Of a DNA stretch of 64,000 nt, positions 35,801 to 46,258 are shown piece after piece; the first letter of the stretch is position 1; every line of letters begins with the position of its first letter. Under the pieces are notes generated by a model. It was given only the letters and a program-made list of their open reading frames with translations. It ran no database searches and was not told the origin of the DNA. Made by a program: the position numbers and the translations under genes. The stretch lies in the sequence record KJ019086.1; one strand, written 5' to 3'.

Positions 35801-38477
35801 TAATATCAACCGCAACTTAACAGTTGGTGGTATCACTACCTTCATTGGTAATGTTTTCATTGAGGATACTGAGTTTGTAGAACTAAGTGTTACCAATCAG
35901 GCTAACATTAACAAACTATTTGTAAACTCTGGTGTTGCAACTCAGTTTAGTATTGGTGTTGCTACTATCACCCAGTCACTAACAGGTATCGCCACTATTG
36001 GTGACCTCAATGTAACTGGTCTTTCTACCTTCGTTGGTCTCGCTACCTTCCAGGGTGATGTTTATGTTGATAGTTACCTAGAAGTATCTAAGGATGTTGT
36101 AGTTGGTTCAGCACTAACAGTTCCTAACCTTACATTCACTGATGGTGATGGACAGTTCCTCAATATTCAGGAAGAGGTTGTTGGTGTATCCACTATTGGT
36201 TTTGCTAGTATTACAGATGAGATAGTAGGAACTTCCACTATCTTTAGATCCAATATTCGTGACCTAGCAGTATCCGGTCTCTCCACCTTTATTGGTGATG
36301 TGTTGATGGGTTCCAACCTAGATGTGGTTGGTGATATATCTGGAACTAATATATCAATTGCACAATCAGTAACCTCCGACACCCTATTCACTAGGTTTGC
36401 TGATATTGAGGGATCCAATACTGGTGTTGCTACTATTGGTTTCGCCACTATAACCGAACTCTTCACTGAGGATCTAACGGTTGTAGGAACCTCCACCTTC
36501 GTTGGTTTCACAACGATGACGGGAGACCTAAACATTGAGGGTAACCTTAATGTAACTGGTGTTGTTACCTTCCAACAGTTAGACGCAACTCAGTCACAGA
36601 TTGGTATCCTAACGGTATTCAACTACCTAGACAACCAAGGAGACCTAAGAGTAGTTGGTTTCTCCACACTCGGTGACTTCTCAGCCAACTCCGGTATCCT
36701 TACCAGTATTGAATCTGGTGAGATTGATGTAACCGGTGATGTTTCTATCGGTGGAACACTAGGTGTTGCTGGTGAAGTTGGTTTCTCTAGTAACTTCTAT
36801 ACCGTTGGTATTACTACCCTCGCTTCTGGAACTGGTATTGTTACTACTGGTGGTGACCTCTATGTTGGTGGTAACCTATTCGTATATAACGATATTGTAT
36901 ATGATGAAATCATTGGTCGTAACCTAGACATCAGTGGTATTGGTACTATCGCAGACCTCAGAGTGGGTCTTGGTAGTATCGCAGACCTTAGAGGTACAAC
37001 ACTCAGGTATCAGACTGGTATTATTACTTCACTCAGAGCAGAAGATTCTGAAGTTGGAAGACACATTGGTACCTCAGTTGTTGTAGAGAACATAACTGCT
37101 ACTGGTCCTTCTACTTTCGTTGGTGTTGTTACTACTACTAACGAACTCTTTGTTGGAACTAACCTATTCGTAGGTAACAACGCAGATATCCAAGGTGATA
37201 TCTTCGGTAGAAACCTAACACTCGAACTAAACGCCTCTGGTACTACACTAGACTTTGATTCAGGTCAGATCGATGACCTTATCTCACAGTATATACTCTC
37301 TGATGACTTGTTTGTCACTGGTATTACTACTTCAGTTGCGGCACAAATCAACTTCCTGAATGTATCTGGTGTAACTACTTCACCTATCATTAACTCCACA
37401 CTACTAACCAACTCTGGTTTAGTTACAACTGGTAGTCTATATGTTCAGGGTCTAGCACAGGTAGAAACAACTCTACTTGTAGATGGTAACTCCATCTTCA
37501 ATGGTCCAGCACTCTTCAATGATACAGTTACAGTCAATGACGACATTAATGTAACAGGTGATATCACCTTCAACGATATCAGTGGTATTAATGGTAACTT
37601 CGCTGGTATTGTTACCGCAACGAAACTCAAGTCCAACTTCCTAGAGGTTAATGGTCAAACAGCCATTACTGGTTTGGCTACCTTCTTCAGTGGATTGAAT
37701 GTAAGAGGTGGTCCTCTAGTAGTAGATAATCAGATCTTCGCTAACTCTGGTTTCGTTACTACCATTCAGGGTACTGACTTAACATATACTGATGGTATTT
37801 TCTTAGGTGATCTACAGGTCAATAAGGATACAACCATCAACCAGAACCTAAGAGTTGTTGGTATCACTACCTCAACCAACTTAGATGTATCAGCACAAAC
37901 TGAAACCTCACTACTAAGTGTAACGGGTGTAGGTACCATTCCAATCTTATACTCCACCAATGGTGAGTTTAAGACTTCACTCAAGACGGATCAACTCTTC
38001 TTTAATACTGGTTTAGGTACATACCTCAGTGTTACTGATCTAAATGTTGTTGGTGTTGCTACTATCCCAACACTAGACATTGAATTCCTAGAAGCTGACA
38101 GAGCTGAAATTGGTATTCTAACCGTCACAAATAGAACTGATATCAGTGATACTTCCAGTATCTTTAGTTACAGACTAACTACATCTGGATCAGCCACCAA
38201 CGTAACTCTCTACGACTCCTCAGTTTATAGAAGTTTCGAGGCAAATATCCAAGTATCCACTGGTAGTAGTTTCCAATCTAGTAAGATGCATGGTTTGAGT
38301 GATGATAACTCTACACCAAATGTACTCTTCAATGAAACTTCTTACCTCTCTAATGGTGGTGAGTTGGCTGAGTTTGATGTATCAGGTTCCGCTGGTAACA
38401 ATGTTATCCTAACAGTTACTCCATATACAGTTGGAATTACAACCTATATACTTTCAGTAACCGCGGTAAGGGTCTAA
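32871..38477 (+). CDS. long fibre-like protein (1868 aa) with G(I/V/F)(A/T/S)T beta repeats
   Basis: Dozens of VSGxxT(F/I) repeats; C-terminal globular domain; no S74 chaperone. Confidence 0.85.
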   Translation: MPLNYLTGRVSRLQVGFPGFSTAKDLTVDVAGAIGIDTQNPRAAADFPDVSIRGDIVDSVGFTGGIGYFLAQDVQGVRWVEAPPINSNAILVLDNGVIVGAGSFIGLNFDSGKDEDFLSVVPDPLNPQIAKIAYDVRWVRYNYGNNKGISTGFGDNGDYSSIPGYGTTEAVGVTSVGIGTNQPLDDFQVGIGSTGVTINGPLGLVDAEIIKAKSISVEGNLEVESLIVRPGVATLTTLDVLNEAFIPVEYVGFSSIQDANIDALFANQLLAGITTLGFGGEDVFILNDLYVQGGLGTFDGDVFVGGDLTVKGETFFNQINAVNLSVSGIATIVQAEIAVGLVTDLKVSGFSTLSDFSFNIGVGTYLELEDLDVSGVGSFGVVNSGDINVSGGLTASEIDADKGYIGILTADSIVSGAGTIGSIESDGNLTTLNDIIVGGASTFVGLGTFQDDLFVGGDLFVRGDVTFKNINGEQLLISGIGTIKELVFDSGIGTSLEVRDQITTGISTINEADIQDAAVERLTVGDAEIIGIATITEIDVDRGRVGILTGTDLSYAGIGTITEIDVDQGRVGLVTGDTLLYYEQSRINRVTFFDNYLSVNQSLRVSGLSTFVGTGTFFNDLYVGGDLYVAGELNFKQLNGENLYLTGVGTIYDLRNTVGFITNLYVEESVTGLATISSLVGSSATITDFTGESLLIQNPFNPMPLDPTGIPGQGVIDSLLVRNLTSSNNILANDIDANFVDTDDLKAGVGTITDLEWTTAVGDDTTTNTLQVTDTATINIIDANQIDAEDANIGVATLSSLLVTGVTTFKGQVDIEDIEFVDQSVTGISSINILKFNVGYGTYLEVTDSVTGVGTIGLASITTAQVSFLDVRDEVVGASTIGVLSVTEGFAVSGFSTFVGFTTYKGDVFVDGNLTVTGFVSFTQLNADQSQIGILTVFDALDARTGVGTFKHLETVDSAVLSGVSTIGLTTFKNGDVNINRNLTVGGITTFIGNVFIEDTEFVELSVTNQANINKLFVNSGVATQFSIGVATITQSLTGIATIGDLNVTGLSTFVGLATFQGDVYVDSYLEVSKDVVVGSALTVPNLTFTDGDGQFLNIQEEVVGVSTIGFASITDEIVGTSTIFRSNIRDLAVSGLSTFIGDVLMGSNLDVVGDISGTNISIAQSVTSDTLFTRFADIEGSNTGVATIGFATITELFTEDLTVVGTSTFVGFTTMTGDLNIEGNLNVTGVVTFQQLDATQSQIGILTVFNYLDNQGDLRVVGFSTLGDFSANSGILTSIESGEIDVTGDVSIGGTLGVAGEVGFSSNFYTVGITTLASGTGIVTTGGDLYVGGNLFVYNDIVYDEIIGRNLDISGIGTIADLRVGLGSIADLRGTTLRYQTGIITSLRAEDSEVGRHIGTSVVVENITATGPSTFVGVVTTTNELFVGTNLFVGNNADIQGDIFGRNLTLELNASGTTLDFDSGQIDDLISQYILSDDLFVTGITTSVAAQINFLNVSGVTTSPIINSTLLTNSGLVTTGSLYVQGLAQVETTLLVDGNSIFNGPALFNDTVTVNDDINVTGDITFNDISGINGNFAGIVTATKLKSNFLEVNGQTAITGLATFFSGLNVRGGPLVVDNQIFANSGFVTTIQGTDLTYTDGIFLGDLQVNKDTTINQNLRVVGITTSTNLDVSAQTETSLLSVTGVGTIPILYSTNGEFKTSLKTDQLFFNTGLGTYLSVTDLNVVGVATIPTLDIEFLEADRAEIGILTVTNRTDISDTSSIFSYRLTTSGSATNVTLYDSSVYRSFEANIQVSTGSSFQSSKMHGLSDDNSTPNVLFNETSYLSNGGELAEFDVSGSAGNNVILTVTPYTVGITTYILSVTAVRV

Positions 38478-38497
38478 AACACCTCTCCCACTCCCTC

Positions 38498-38505
38498 TAT
38501 AAATA
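38498..38505 (+). promoter_or_regulatory. T4-type late promoter
   Basis: Exact TATAAATA upstream of the GTG at 38549. Confidence 0.75.
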
Positions 38506-38548
38506 TCTGTATATCTAACACTGCAGATTATAGGGGGAATGTGAACCC

Positions 38549-39208
38549 GTGGCGAATCAGAATTTTCGTGTCAAAAAAGGTATAGAAGTTGGCTTAGGTG
38601 CCACTTTTCTATACGCAGACGACAGTGGAGTTGGCATTAATAGTGCTAGCCCACGATCAAACCTAGACGTTCGAGGTAGATCCCAAACAGAGGAACTACT
38701 GGTAGACAACTATGCAGAGGTGCAAGGACCCTCTACATTCGTTGGACTAGGTACCTTTGGGGGTGATCTATATGTTGGGAATGATCTATATGTAAAGGGC
38801 AACCTATCATTCACCAGTTTTGAATCTGAGACTGGTAATGTAACAGGTGTTCTTACCACAAGAGACTTTAATGTAACCGGATTATCTACGTTTGCGGGAG
38901 ACGCCACCTTCCAAAGTGACGTAAATATCTCTGGTGCTTCTTCAATTACTGGAAACTTAGTAGTTTCTGGTGCCTCTACGCTCACAGGTATCGTCACAAC
39001 TGGCGATGACCTCTATGTGGGTGGTAGTTTATATGTATTCAATGATATCTTCTATGATGAGATTACTGCTCTACGCTCACAGGTATCGTCACAACTGGCG
39101 ATGACCTCTATGTGGGTGGTAGTTTATATGTATTCAATGATATCTTCTATGATGAGATTACTGGTAGAAACCTCAGTATCTCTGGTATTGCCACACTCAG
39201 ACAGTTAG
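38549..39208 (+). CDS. 5' fragment of a frameshifted tail fibre gene
   Basis: MANQNFRVKKGIEVG fibre start; goes out of frame inside the 95-bp duplication. Confidence 0.75.
   Translation: MANQNFRVKKGIEVGLGATFLYADDSGVGINSASPRSNLDVRGRSQTEELLVDNYAEVQGPSTFVGLGTFGGDLYVGNDLYVKGNLSFTSFESETGNVTGVLTTRDFNVTGLSTFAGDATFQSDVNISGASSITGNLVVSGASTLTGIVTTGDDLYVGGSLYVFNDIFYDEITALRSQVSSQLAMTSMWVVVYMYSMISSMMRLLVETSVSLVLPHSDS
38974..39163 (+). repeat. perfect 95-bp tandem duplication (38974-39068 = 39069-39163)
   Basis: Direct base-by-base reading; 95 is not a multiple of 3, so it shifts the frame. Confidence 0.95.
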
Positions 39209-42200
39209 AAATCCAACAGGACCTAGAAGTTGCAGGTCTCTCCACATTTGTTGGTTTAGTATCGTTCAGAGATGCAGTAGGTACAAACCTCACAGTTTAT
39301 AATCTTTCCGCCAATACTGGTAACTTCGTAGAGATTAACGTCGATGGTGGAGGAGGCGGCGGTGGCGGTACTGGTATCGATAGTACCTCCGTCAATACCG
39401 AGTTCTTAAACGTCACTGGTGTTGCAACATTTAACAATGGTATTGCCACCAACTTCAGTGCAGAGTTTATTGACGCTGGTGTAACCACAACTACCGACCT
39501 CCACTTCACTAATGGTTACGGTGTCAATCTCAATATGAGTGGCATCACAACTGTTGGTATTCTAACAGTCTATGAGAATATCTATGACTCTAGAAACCAA
39601 GTTGGCTATGGTGACTCACTACTAGTCACACAGGGTGGGAAACTAGTATGGACTAGACCTGATATTGCAGGTATTGCCACTTCATTCCAACCAGGTTCTA
39701 CCTTCTATGTAAGTGAGAATGGTAGTAATACCAATGATGGTAGAAGTCCAGAGAAAGCATGGAGTTCTATTGCATATGCCGTATCACAGATTGGAGATAC
39801 TTCTCACGATATTCTAGAGGTTACTGCTGGTGAATACACAGAAACCTTCCCTATCACAGTCCCTAAAGGTCTAACCATTTCTGGTGCTGGACAAAGGGCA
39901 ACCATTGTTAGACCGTCACAGGCAACAGAAACCAATGATGGTTTCCTACTAAACGATAGATCCACCATCCATAACATCACAGTTACTGGATTCTACAAAC
40001 CACAAGGTTCTATCAACTACGCCTTCAAGTTTAGTGTTGGAGCAGCAATCACCAGTAGAAGTCCTTATGTTGATAAGGTCACGGTCATCAACAAAGGTAC
40101 TCAGACAAGTGCCAGTGACCCATATGGTTATGGTTCAGCCGACTCCTACCCAACCACAGCACCTGGTGGTGCTGGTGTTTTAGTTGATGGTAGTGTAGTT
40201 GCAACCAACTCACTAGAAGCAGCAATTCTCCTCAATGAGGTTACACTATTCACTGCTGGCAACCAAGGTATTAAGATTACCAATGGTGGTAGAGTAGAGT
40301 GGTTGAATGGTTTCATCTACTTCGCTTCTGAAGCACTTGTAGGTCTTAGTGATAAGACTAATGGTTTAGCGGGTGCTGGTAAGGCAAGACTAACCCTAGA
40401 GAACGCCTCTGGTGGATTGGTTGGTGGTAATACCGTTCAATACTATGATAGTGATGGAACCACAGTTCTTGCTTCTGGTACCATTGATAATGTATCTGGT
40501 AGTTATGTAACACTAACCAACGCTGGTGTTGGTACATTCACAACTCCTAGAAATAGAACAGCCAAGAAGGTTGACTTTGTTAATGGAGCACAACTATCCA
40601 CAGCACAGGCAAGGTTCGGTACATCCTCACTAGATGTAACTGGTGCCGGAACTGATAACATCACAGTTGATTCCACTTCAGACTTTGGGTTTGGAACTGG
40701 AGACTTCACCGTTGAATTCTGGATATACAGAACTGGTAATATTAATGGTAAGGTAATCTGTGACTTCAGAGATACCGCCGCTACAGATCAGGCAATTACT
40801 ATCCAAGGTGATGGTGGTAATGAGACTGATGTTTATATTGGTACTACATCCGTTGTCACTGGTACAGTTCCTACCACACTGAATGCTTGGAACCATATCG
40901 CTGTTTGTAGAGTTGGTTCTACCATCACTCAGTATATTGATGGTGCTGTTTCTGGTAGTGGAACTGCTGCTACTGATCTAGGTGTTGCTAGACAACTAAC
41001 CTTTGGTGATAGGTACGACAATAGTAACAACGGTCCTACAGCATACCTAGATGAACTTCGTGTCACTAAGGGAGCAGCAAAATACACAGGAGCATTCACT
41101 TCACCTTCAGTAGCACTCACAGGTGATAAGGATACTTCTATCCTACTACACTTTGATGGTATCAATGGAGCAACCTCCACTACAGATGATATCATTGTCC
41201 TCCAGGATATCCGTATCACTGGTGGTAACACAGCAGATAAAGTTACCCTAGCAGACTACAGTCAGTTTGGTGCTGACCTAAGGTCTATCGCTTGTGCCAT
41301 TGAATATGGTAACCAGGGTATGATTGGTGATGGTGATGGAGTAACTCTCCGTGCTATCTCTATTAACTTCAACCATGTAGGTGCTCTTGGTGATATCACT
41401 AACGATCCTAACCTAGCGATTCAATCGAACGAGGTTATCGAACTCAATGGTGGTCAAGTATCCTATGTAAGTATTGACCAGAAGGGTGACTTCAGAGTTG
41501 GTGAAGCATTCTATGTGAATCAGGAGACTGGTGAAGTATCCTTTACAGATACTGTAACAGACCTAACTGCTTTATCCTCACTCACTATTACTGATGGTAC
41601 TAATAGTAGTATCATTACTCCTACTTCTGGTAGGTTTGGTAATGTTCTTATCAGTGGTCAGAGTGTAGAGAGTGTAACCGGAGACCTCAACATTAAGACT
41701 GGTGGTTCCGGTGAGATCAATATCTTTGGTAACACCAATGTTATTGGTATTCTAACCGCTCAGATCATTGAGATTAATGCTATTCAGAAGGGCGATACAG
41801 CAATCGCTCTAGATGATACTGGAACTGATGGGACTATCCGTTTCATCACAGACGGACAAGAAGCACAACGCATTACAAACCAACAGAGAGTTGGTATTAA
41901 CACCACCACCCCAGTTACTCAGTTAGAAGTTAAGGGTGGAACACAACTAGAGAACTTAAATGTAACTGGTATTGCCACACTTAATGGTGTTGGTATTGCT
42001 ACTATCGGTGGTGATCCTGACTTCAGGAACTTAAATATCACTGGACTATCGACGTTCGCTGGTGTTGGTACTTTCCTCAGTGATTTGTATGTTGGTGGTA
42101 ACCTCAGTGTCCTAGGTGATATCAAGTTTGATGAAGTTGATGCGAGAAACGCCAACATCACTGGTATTGCCACAGTTGGTTTCGCCTCTATCACAGATGC

Positions 42201-45200
42201 CAGAGTTGGAAGTGCCCTCACTAACTTGGGTCACACTCAACTCAATACTCTGAATGTAAGTGGAGTATCTACACTATCACTACTAGAAGTCAGTGGTAAC
42301 TCAGTATTTACTGGTATCTCTACCTTCAATAACAATGTAACTATCAATGGTGACCTCACCATTAATGGTTCTCAGAATGTAGATAGTTTTGGAACTGGTG
42401 ATTTAATAGTTAGTGGTATTGCTAGTATCAACCAGGCGAAGATCGCCACTGGTATTGTTACCACACTAACTGCCACTAGAACAGAGTCAGCAGAACTAAA
42501 AGTAACTGGTCTCTCCACCTTTGTTGGTGTTGCTACCTTTGCTAACGATGTATTCGTGGCAGGTAACCTCAATGTTCTAGGAGATATTGCATATGATGAA
42601 GTCACTGGTAGAAACCTAAACATCTCCGGTATCGCAACCATCGGGTTCGCCTCTATCACAGACGCCAAGATTGGTGTCGCCACTATTACAAAACTTGATG
42701 TCACTGAGATCAATGTAGATGGTGGAACAGGTATTGATGATAACTCAGTAACTACAGAGAACCTAGTTGTTAGTGGTATCGCTACCATCAACTCAGGTAT
42801 CCTCACAACCCTCCAGGCGGAGGTAGGAAGTATCACAAACCTCACCGCTGGTGTTTCTACCTTTACTGGTATTGTAACCACTACAGAGGATCTATACGTT
42901 GGTGGAAACCTCTACGTATTCAATGATATCTTCTATGATGAAATCACTGGTAGGAACCTTTCTATCTCTGGAGTATCTACATTAGGTTTCGCTTCTGTTA
43001 GAGATCTAAGAGTATCTGGTGTCGCTACATTCCTTGGTGATGTGGAGATCAGTGGATCACAGATTGTTGACTCACTAATAACTGGTGACTTGGAAGTTAC
43101 TGGTGTTACTACAACTAAGGAACTAAGATTTACAGACGCTGTTGGTGTAGGACTCACACTCACCAATCTAGTTGTAACTGGTAACGCGGAACTCAATGGT
43201 TCTGGTATTGTTACCGCTGGTCAAGACATCAACTTCAGAAACCTAGAAGTTGCTGGTCTATCAACCTTTGTTGGTCTCCAGTCCTTCAGGTCAGCAGTTG
43301 GAACGGCACTCACAGTTTATAACCTAAGAGTTCCTGAAAATGGTATTGTTTCACTACCTGGTATTCCTGTTCAGGGTGGGGACGCTGAGTTTAGAAACGT
43401 CAATGTAACTGGTGTATCTTCCTTCAGTGGAGTATCAACTTTCGGTAGTGACCTCTATGTGGATGGAAACCTATTTGTTTCTGGTCTAGACTTCAGAGAG
43501 ACACTTGCTGGTGAGAACCTATTAGTTGCTGGTGTTGGTACTGTTAATAATCTCAATAGTAATATTGGTATTATCACTCATCTACAGGCAGGTATATCAA
43601 CCTTCACTGGTATCACCACCTTCCAGAGTGATGCCTCCTTCTTGAGTGATGTATATGTAGATGGAAACCTTAATGTTACGGGTGACATTAGATATGATGA
43701 GGTGAATGGTAGGAACTTGAATATCAGTGGTATCGCTACCATTGGTTACTCCTCTATCACAGACGCCAAGATTGGTGTTGCTACTATCTCCACACTATCC
43801 TTTGGTGATGGTGTTGGAACAGCACTCACACTTACAGACCTCACGGTAACAGGTGACGCCAACCTCAATGGTTCTGGTATTGTAACCGCTGGTTCTGATG
43901 TAGCGTTTAGAAATCTAGAAGTAACTGGACTATCTACCTTCACTGGTGTTGGTACTTTCCTCAGTGACTTGTATGTTGGTGGTGACCTCTTTGTATTCAA
44001 TGATATCAAGTATGATGAGATTAATGGTAGAAACCTAAACATCTCTGGTATCTCCACACTTGGTTTCACTTCTATCTCCGACATCAGAGTATCTGGTGGT
44101 TCTACCTTCTTAGGTAATGTAGAGATTGATGGAAACCTAGATGTAACTGGTGACCTAACCTTTGATGAGTTTGATGCCACTAACGCTAACATCACTGGTA
44201 TTGCCACTATTGGTAACCTACTAGCGGGTGTGGGAACTATCACCACACTATCATCTACTGATGGTGAGATTACAACACTAACCTCTACTGATACTGTTGT
44301 TGGTACTCTAACCGCCACTGATGCCACTATCACTACACTAGGTGTTACTGATAGTATAGTTGGAACCTCTACCATTACAACACTCAGTGTTACTGATAGT
44401 GTAGTTGGAACTTCTACTATCACAACACTCAACTTCACTGATGGTGTTGGAGTAGCACTCACACTCACTGACCTCAATGTTCTAGGTGAAGCTAACCTCA
44501 ATGGTTCTGGTATCGCAACCGCTGGTTCTGATATAGAGTTTAGGAACCTCAGTATTACTGGTCTCTCCACCTTTGTTGGTGTAGCAACCTTCCAAGATGA
44601 CTTGTATGTGGCAGGTAACCTGAATGTATTGGGTGACCTAACCTATGATGAAGTGAATGGTAGAAACCTTAACATCTCTGGTATCGCTACCATTGGTTTC
44701 GCCTCTATCACAGACCTAAGAGTATCTGGTGTAACTACCTTCCTCGGTCCTGTTAATATCGATGGTGGTCAGCAAACCGACTTCATTCAAACCACAGACT
44801 TGATTGTCACTGGTGTTGCCACTATTGGTTACGCAACTGTCACTAAGTTGATCGCTGATCACAGTGATATGAGGAACCTGAATGTATCAGGTATCGCCAC
44901 TATTGGTAGTCTCGTATCAGATGGTAATGGTGGAATCATTGTAGATGGTGCTGTATCCATTAGTGGTATTGTTACTATTGGTGAAAACTCTATCATTCTC
45001 GATGGTAGAAAGGATGTAGAAGCAATCTACTTGGGTGATACAGGAAGAGCAATCGTCTCTGGTATCTCTACTGATAATAAGAGAACCTACGTCAAGTTTG
45101 ATGATGGTAGATTTGATAGACTAAATGTATCTGGTATCTCTACCTTCAATGATGTAGTATCCACATCATCTACTATCACTAACCTAGATGTAACCACAGC

Positions 45201-46200
45201 AACTGTTGGTTTCCTAACCGCAACTCAGGGTTATGTTGGAGTTCTAACTGTAGGAACATTCACCAATGATGGTGGTGGTTCTGTTATTGGTGACGATATC
45301 ACAACCAGAAACCTGAATGTAACTGGTGTATCTACCTTCGCAGGTATTGTTACTACTACTGGTGACCTCTATGTGGGTGGTGACCTCTTTGTATTCAATG
45401 ATATCTTCTATGATGAGATCAATGGTAGAAACCTGAATATCACGGGTGTCGCCACTATCGGTTACTCCTCTATCACTGATGTTAGAGTATCTGGTGTAGC
45501 AACATTCCTAGGTGATGTGAATATCTCTGGTGTTACTTCTGTAACCACACTGGAGGCAACTGGCATTGATGCCTATCGGGTTACTACTCAGAGATTGATC
45601 GTACCTGATGATGGTTTCGTACAACTACCTGGTATCCCAGTTAGTGGTGGTTCCGCTGAGTTCTCAGAACTATTAATAACTGGTATATCTAGTTTCGTTG
45701 GAGTCGCCACCTTCAAGGATGATGTGTATATCGATGGTGACTTTATTGTTGGTGGATCTCAGGTTATTGATAATGTTGCTACTGAGAACATTATCATCAG
45801 TGGTATTGCTACAATAAGAACAGGTGAGATCACTGAACTAAATGTAGGAATTGCTACAGTTGGATTCCTCACAGCCACTGATGGATACATTGGAGTTCTA
45901 ACAGCTCAGAACTACACTTCACTCTCTGATGAGAGACTCAAGTCTAACATTGAAACTATTGATGATGCTCTAGCGGGTGTTCTCAGACTCGATGGTGTAA
46001 TGTTCCAGTGGAATAATACTGGCAAAACTGATATGGGTGTTATCGCCCAACAGGTGGAGGCGGTATTCCCCGAGATCGTACATGGGGATGATACAAAGGG
46101 AGTCAATTATAACGGTCTTATTGGTGTACTGATCGAAGCAGTCAAGGAACTCAAAGTAGAAAACGATAGTCTCAGAGAGAGACTAGACAGACTGGAGTGA
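39112..46200 (+). CDS. main part of tail fibre (about 2518 aa when joined): beta-helix with inserted LamG-like domain, fibre repeats, C-terminal peptidase S74 chaperone
   Basis: FYVSENG...beta-helix; FGFGTGDFTVEFW...WNHIAV LamG motif; SDERLKSNI...MGVIAQQV...NYNGLIGVLIEAVKEL S74 motif. Confidence 0.88.
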   Translation: MGGSLYVFNDIFYDEITGRNLSISGIATLRQLEIQQDLEVAGLSTFVGLVSFRDAVGTNLTVYNLSANTGNFVEINVDGGGGGGGGTGIDSTSVNTEFLNVTGVATFNNGIATNFSAEFIDAGVTTTTDLHFTNGYGVNLNMSGITTVGILTVYENIYDSRNQVGYGDSLLVTQGGKLVWTRPDIAGIATSFQPGSTFYVSENGSNTNDGRSPEKAWSSIAYAVSQIGDTSHDILEVTAGEYTETFPITVPKGLTISGAGQRATIVRPSQATETNDGFLLNDRSTIHNITVTGFYKPQGSINYAFKFSVGAAITSRSPYVDKVTVINKGTQTSASDPYGYGSADSYPTTAPGGAGVLVDGSVVATNSLEAAILLNEVTLFTAGNQGIKITNGGRVEWLNGFIYFASEALVGLSDKTNGLAGAGKARLTLENASGGLVGGNTVQYYDSDGTTVLASGTIDNVSGSYVTLTNAGVGTFTTPRNRTAKKVDFVNGAQLSTAQARFGTSSLDVTGAGTDNITVDSTSDFGFGTGDFTVEFWIYRTGNINGKVICDFRDTAATDQAITIQGDGGNETDVYIGTTSVVTGTVPTTLNAWNHIAVCRVGSTITQYIDGAVSGSGTAATDLGVARQLTFGDRYDNSNNGPTAYLDELRVTKGAAKYTGAFTSPSVALTGDKDTSILLHFDGINGATSTTDDIIVLQDIRITGGNTADKVTLADYSQFGADLRSIACAIEYGNQGMIGDGDGVTLRAISINFNHVGALGDITNDPNLAIQSNEVIELNGGQVSYVSIDQKGDFRVGEAFYVNQETGEVSFTDTVTDLTALSSLTITDGTNSSIITPTSGRFGNVLISGQSVESVTGDLNIKTGGSGEINIFGNTNVIGILTAQIIEINAIQKGDTAIALDDTGTDGTIRFITDGQEAQRITNQQRVGINTTTPVTQLEVKGGTQLENLNVTGIATLNGVGIATIGGDPDFRNLNITGLSTFAGVGTFLSDLYVGGNLSVLGDIKFDEVDARNANITGIATVGFASITDARVGSALTNLGHTQLNTLNVSGVSTLSLLEVSGNSVFTGISTFNNNVTINGDLTINGSQNVDSFGTGDLIVSGIASINQAKIATGIVTTLTATRTESAELKVTGLSTFVGVATFANDVFVAGNLNVLGDIAYDEVTGRNLNISGIATIGFASITDAKIGVATITKLDVTEINVDGGTGIDDNSVTTENLVVSGIATINSGILTTLQAEVGSITNLTAGVSTFTGIVTTTEDLYVGGNLYVFNDIFYDEITGRNLSISGVSTLGFASVRDLRVSGVATFLGDVEISGSQIVDSLITGDLEVTGVTTTKELRFTDAVGVGLTLTNLVVTGNAELNGSGIVTAGQDINFRNLEVAGLSTFVGLQSFRSAVGTALTVYNLRVPENGIVSLPGIPVQGGDAEFRNVNVTGVSSFSGVSTFGSDLYVDGNLFVSGLDFRETLAGENLLVAGVGTVNNLNSNIGIITHLQAGISTFTGITTFQSDASFLSDVYVDGNLNVTGDIRYDEVNGRNLNISGIATIGYSSITDAKIGVATISTLSFGDGVGTALTLTDLTVTGDANLNGSGIVTAGSDVAFRNLEVTGLSTFTGVGTFLSDLYVGGDLFVFNDIKYDEINGRNLNISGISTLGFTSISDIRVSGGSTFLGNVEIDGNLDVTGDLTFDEFDATNANITGIATIGNLLAGVGTITTLSSTDGEITTLTSTDTVVGTLTATDATITTLGVTDSIVGTSTITTLSVTDSVVGTSTITTLNFTDGVGVALTLTDLNVLGEANLNGSGIATAGSDIEFRNLSITGLSTFVGVATFQDDLYVAGNLNVLGDLTYDEVNGRNLNISGIATIGFASITDLRVSGVTTFLGPVNIDGGQQTDFIQTTDLIVTGVATIGYATVTKLIADHSDMRNLNVSGIATIGSLVSDGNGGIIVDGAVSISGIVTIGENSIILDGRKDVEAIYLGDTGRAIVSGISTDNKRTYVKFDDGRFDRLNVSGISTFNDVVSTSSTITNLDVTTATVGFLTATQGYVGVLTVGTFTNDGGGSVIGDDITTRNLNVTGVSTFAGIVTTTGDLYVGGDLFVFNDIFYDEINGRNLNITGVATIGYSSITDVRVSGVATFLGDVNISGVTSVTTLEATGIDAYRVTTQRLIVPDDGFVQLPGIPVSGGSAEFSELLITGISSFVGVATFKDDVYIDGDFIVGGSQVIDNVATENIIISGIATIRTGEITELNVGIATVGFLTATDGYIGVLTAQNYTSLSDERLKSNIETIDDALAGVLRLDGVMFQWNNTGKTDMGVIAQQVEAVFPEIVHGDDTKGVNYNGLIGVLIEAVKELKVENDSLRERLDRLE

Positions 46201-46258
46201 TAAATACAAATACGGCTCAATGAGCCCTTTTGTACGTACACAAAGGAGAAAAACCTAA

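Noticed and set aside
39069-39208. C-terminal tail of the 219-aa ORF as a real domain, or a programmed frameshift site
   Set aside because: It is the out-of-frame reading of the second repeat copy; no slippery heptamer or stimulatory structure seen.
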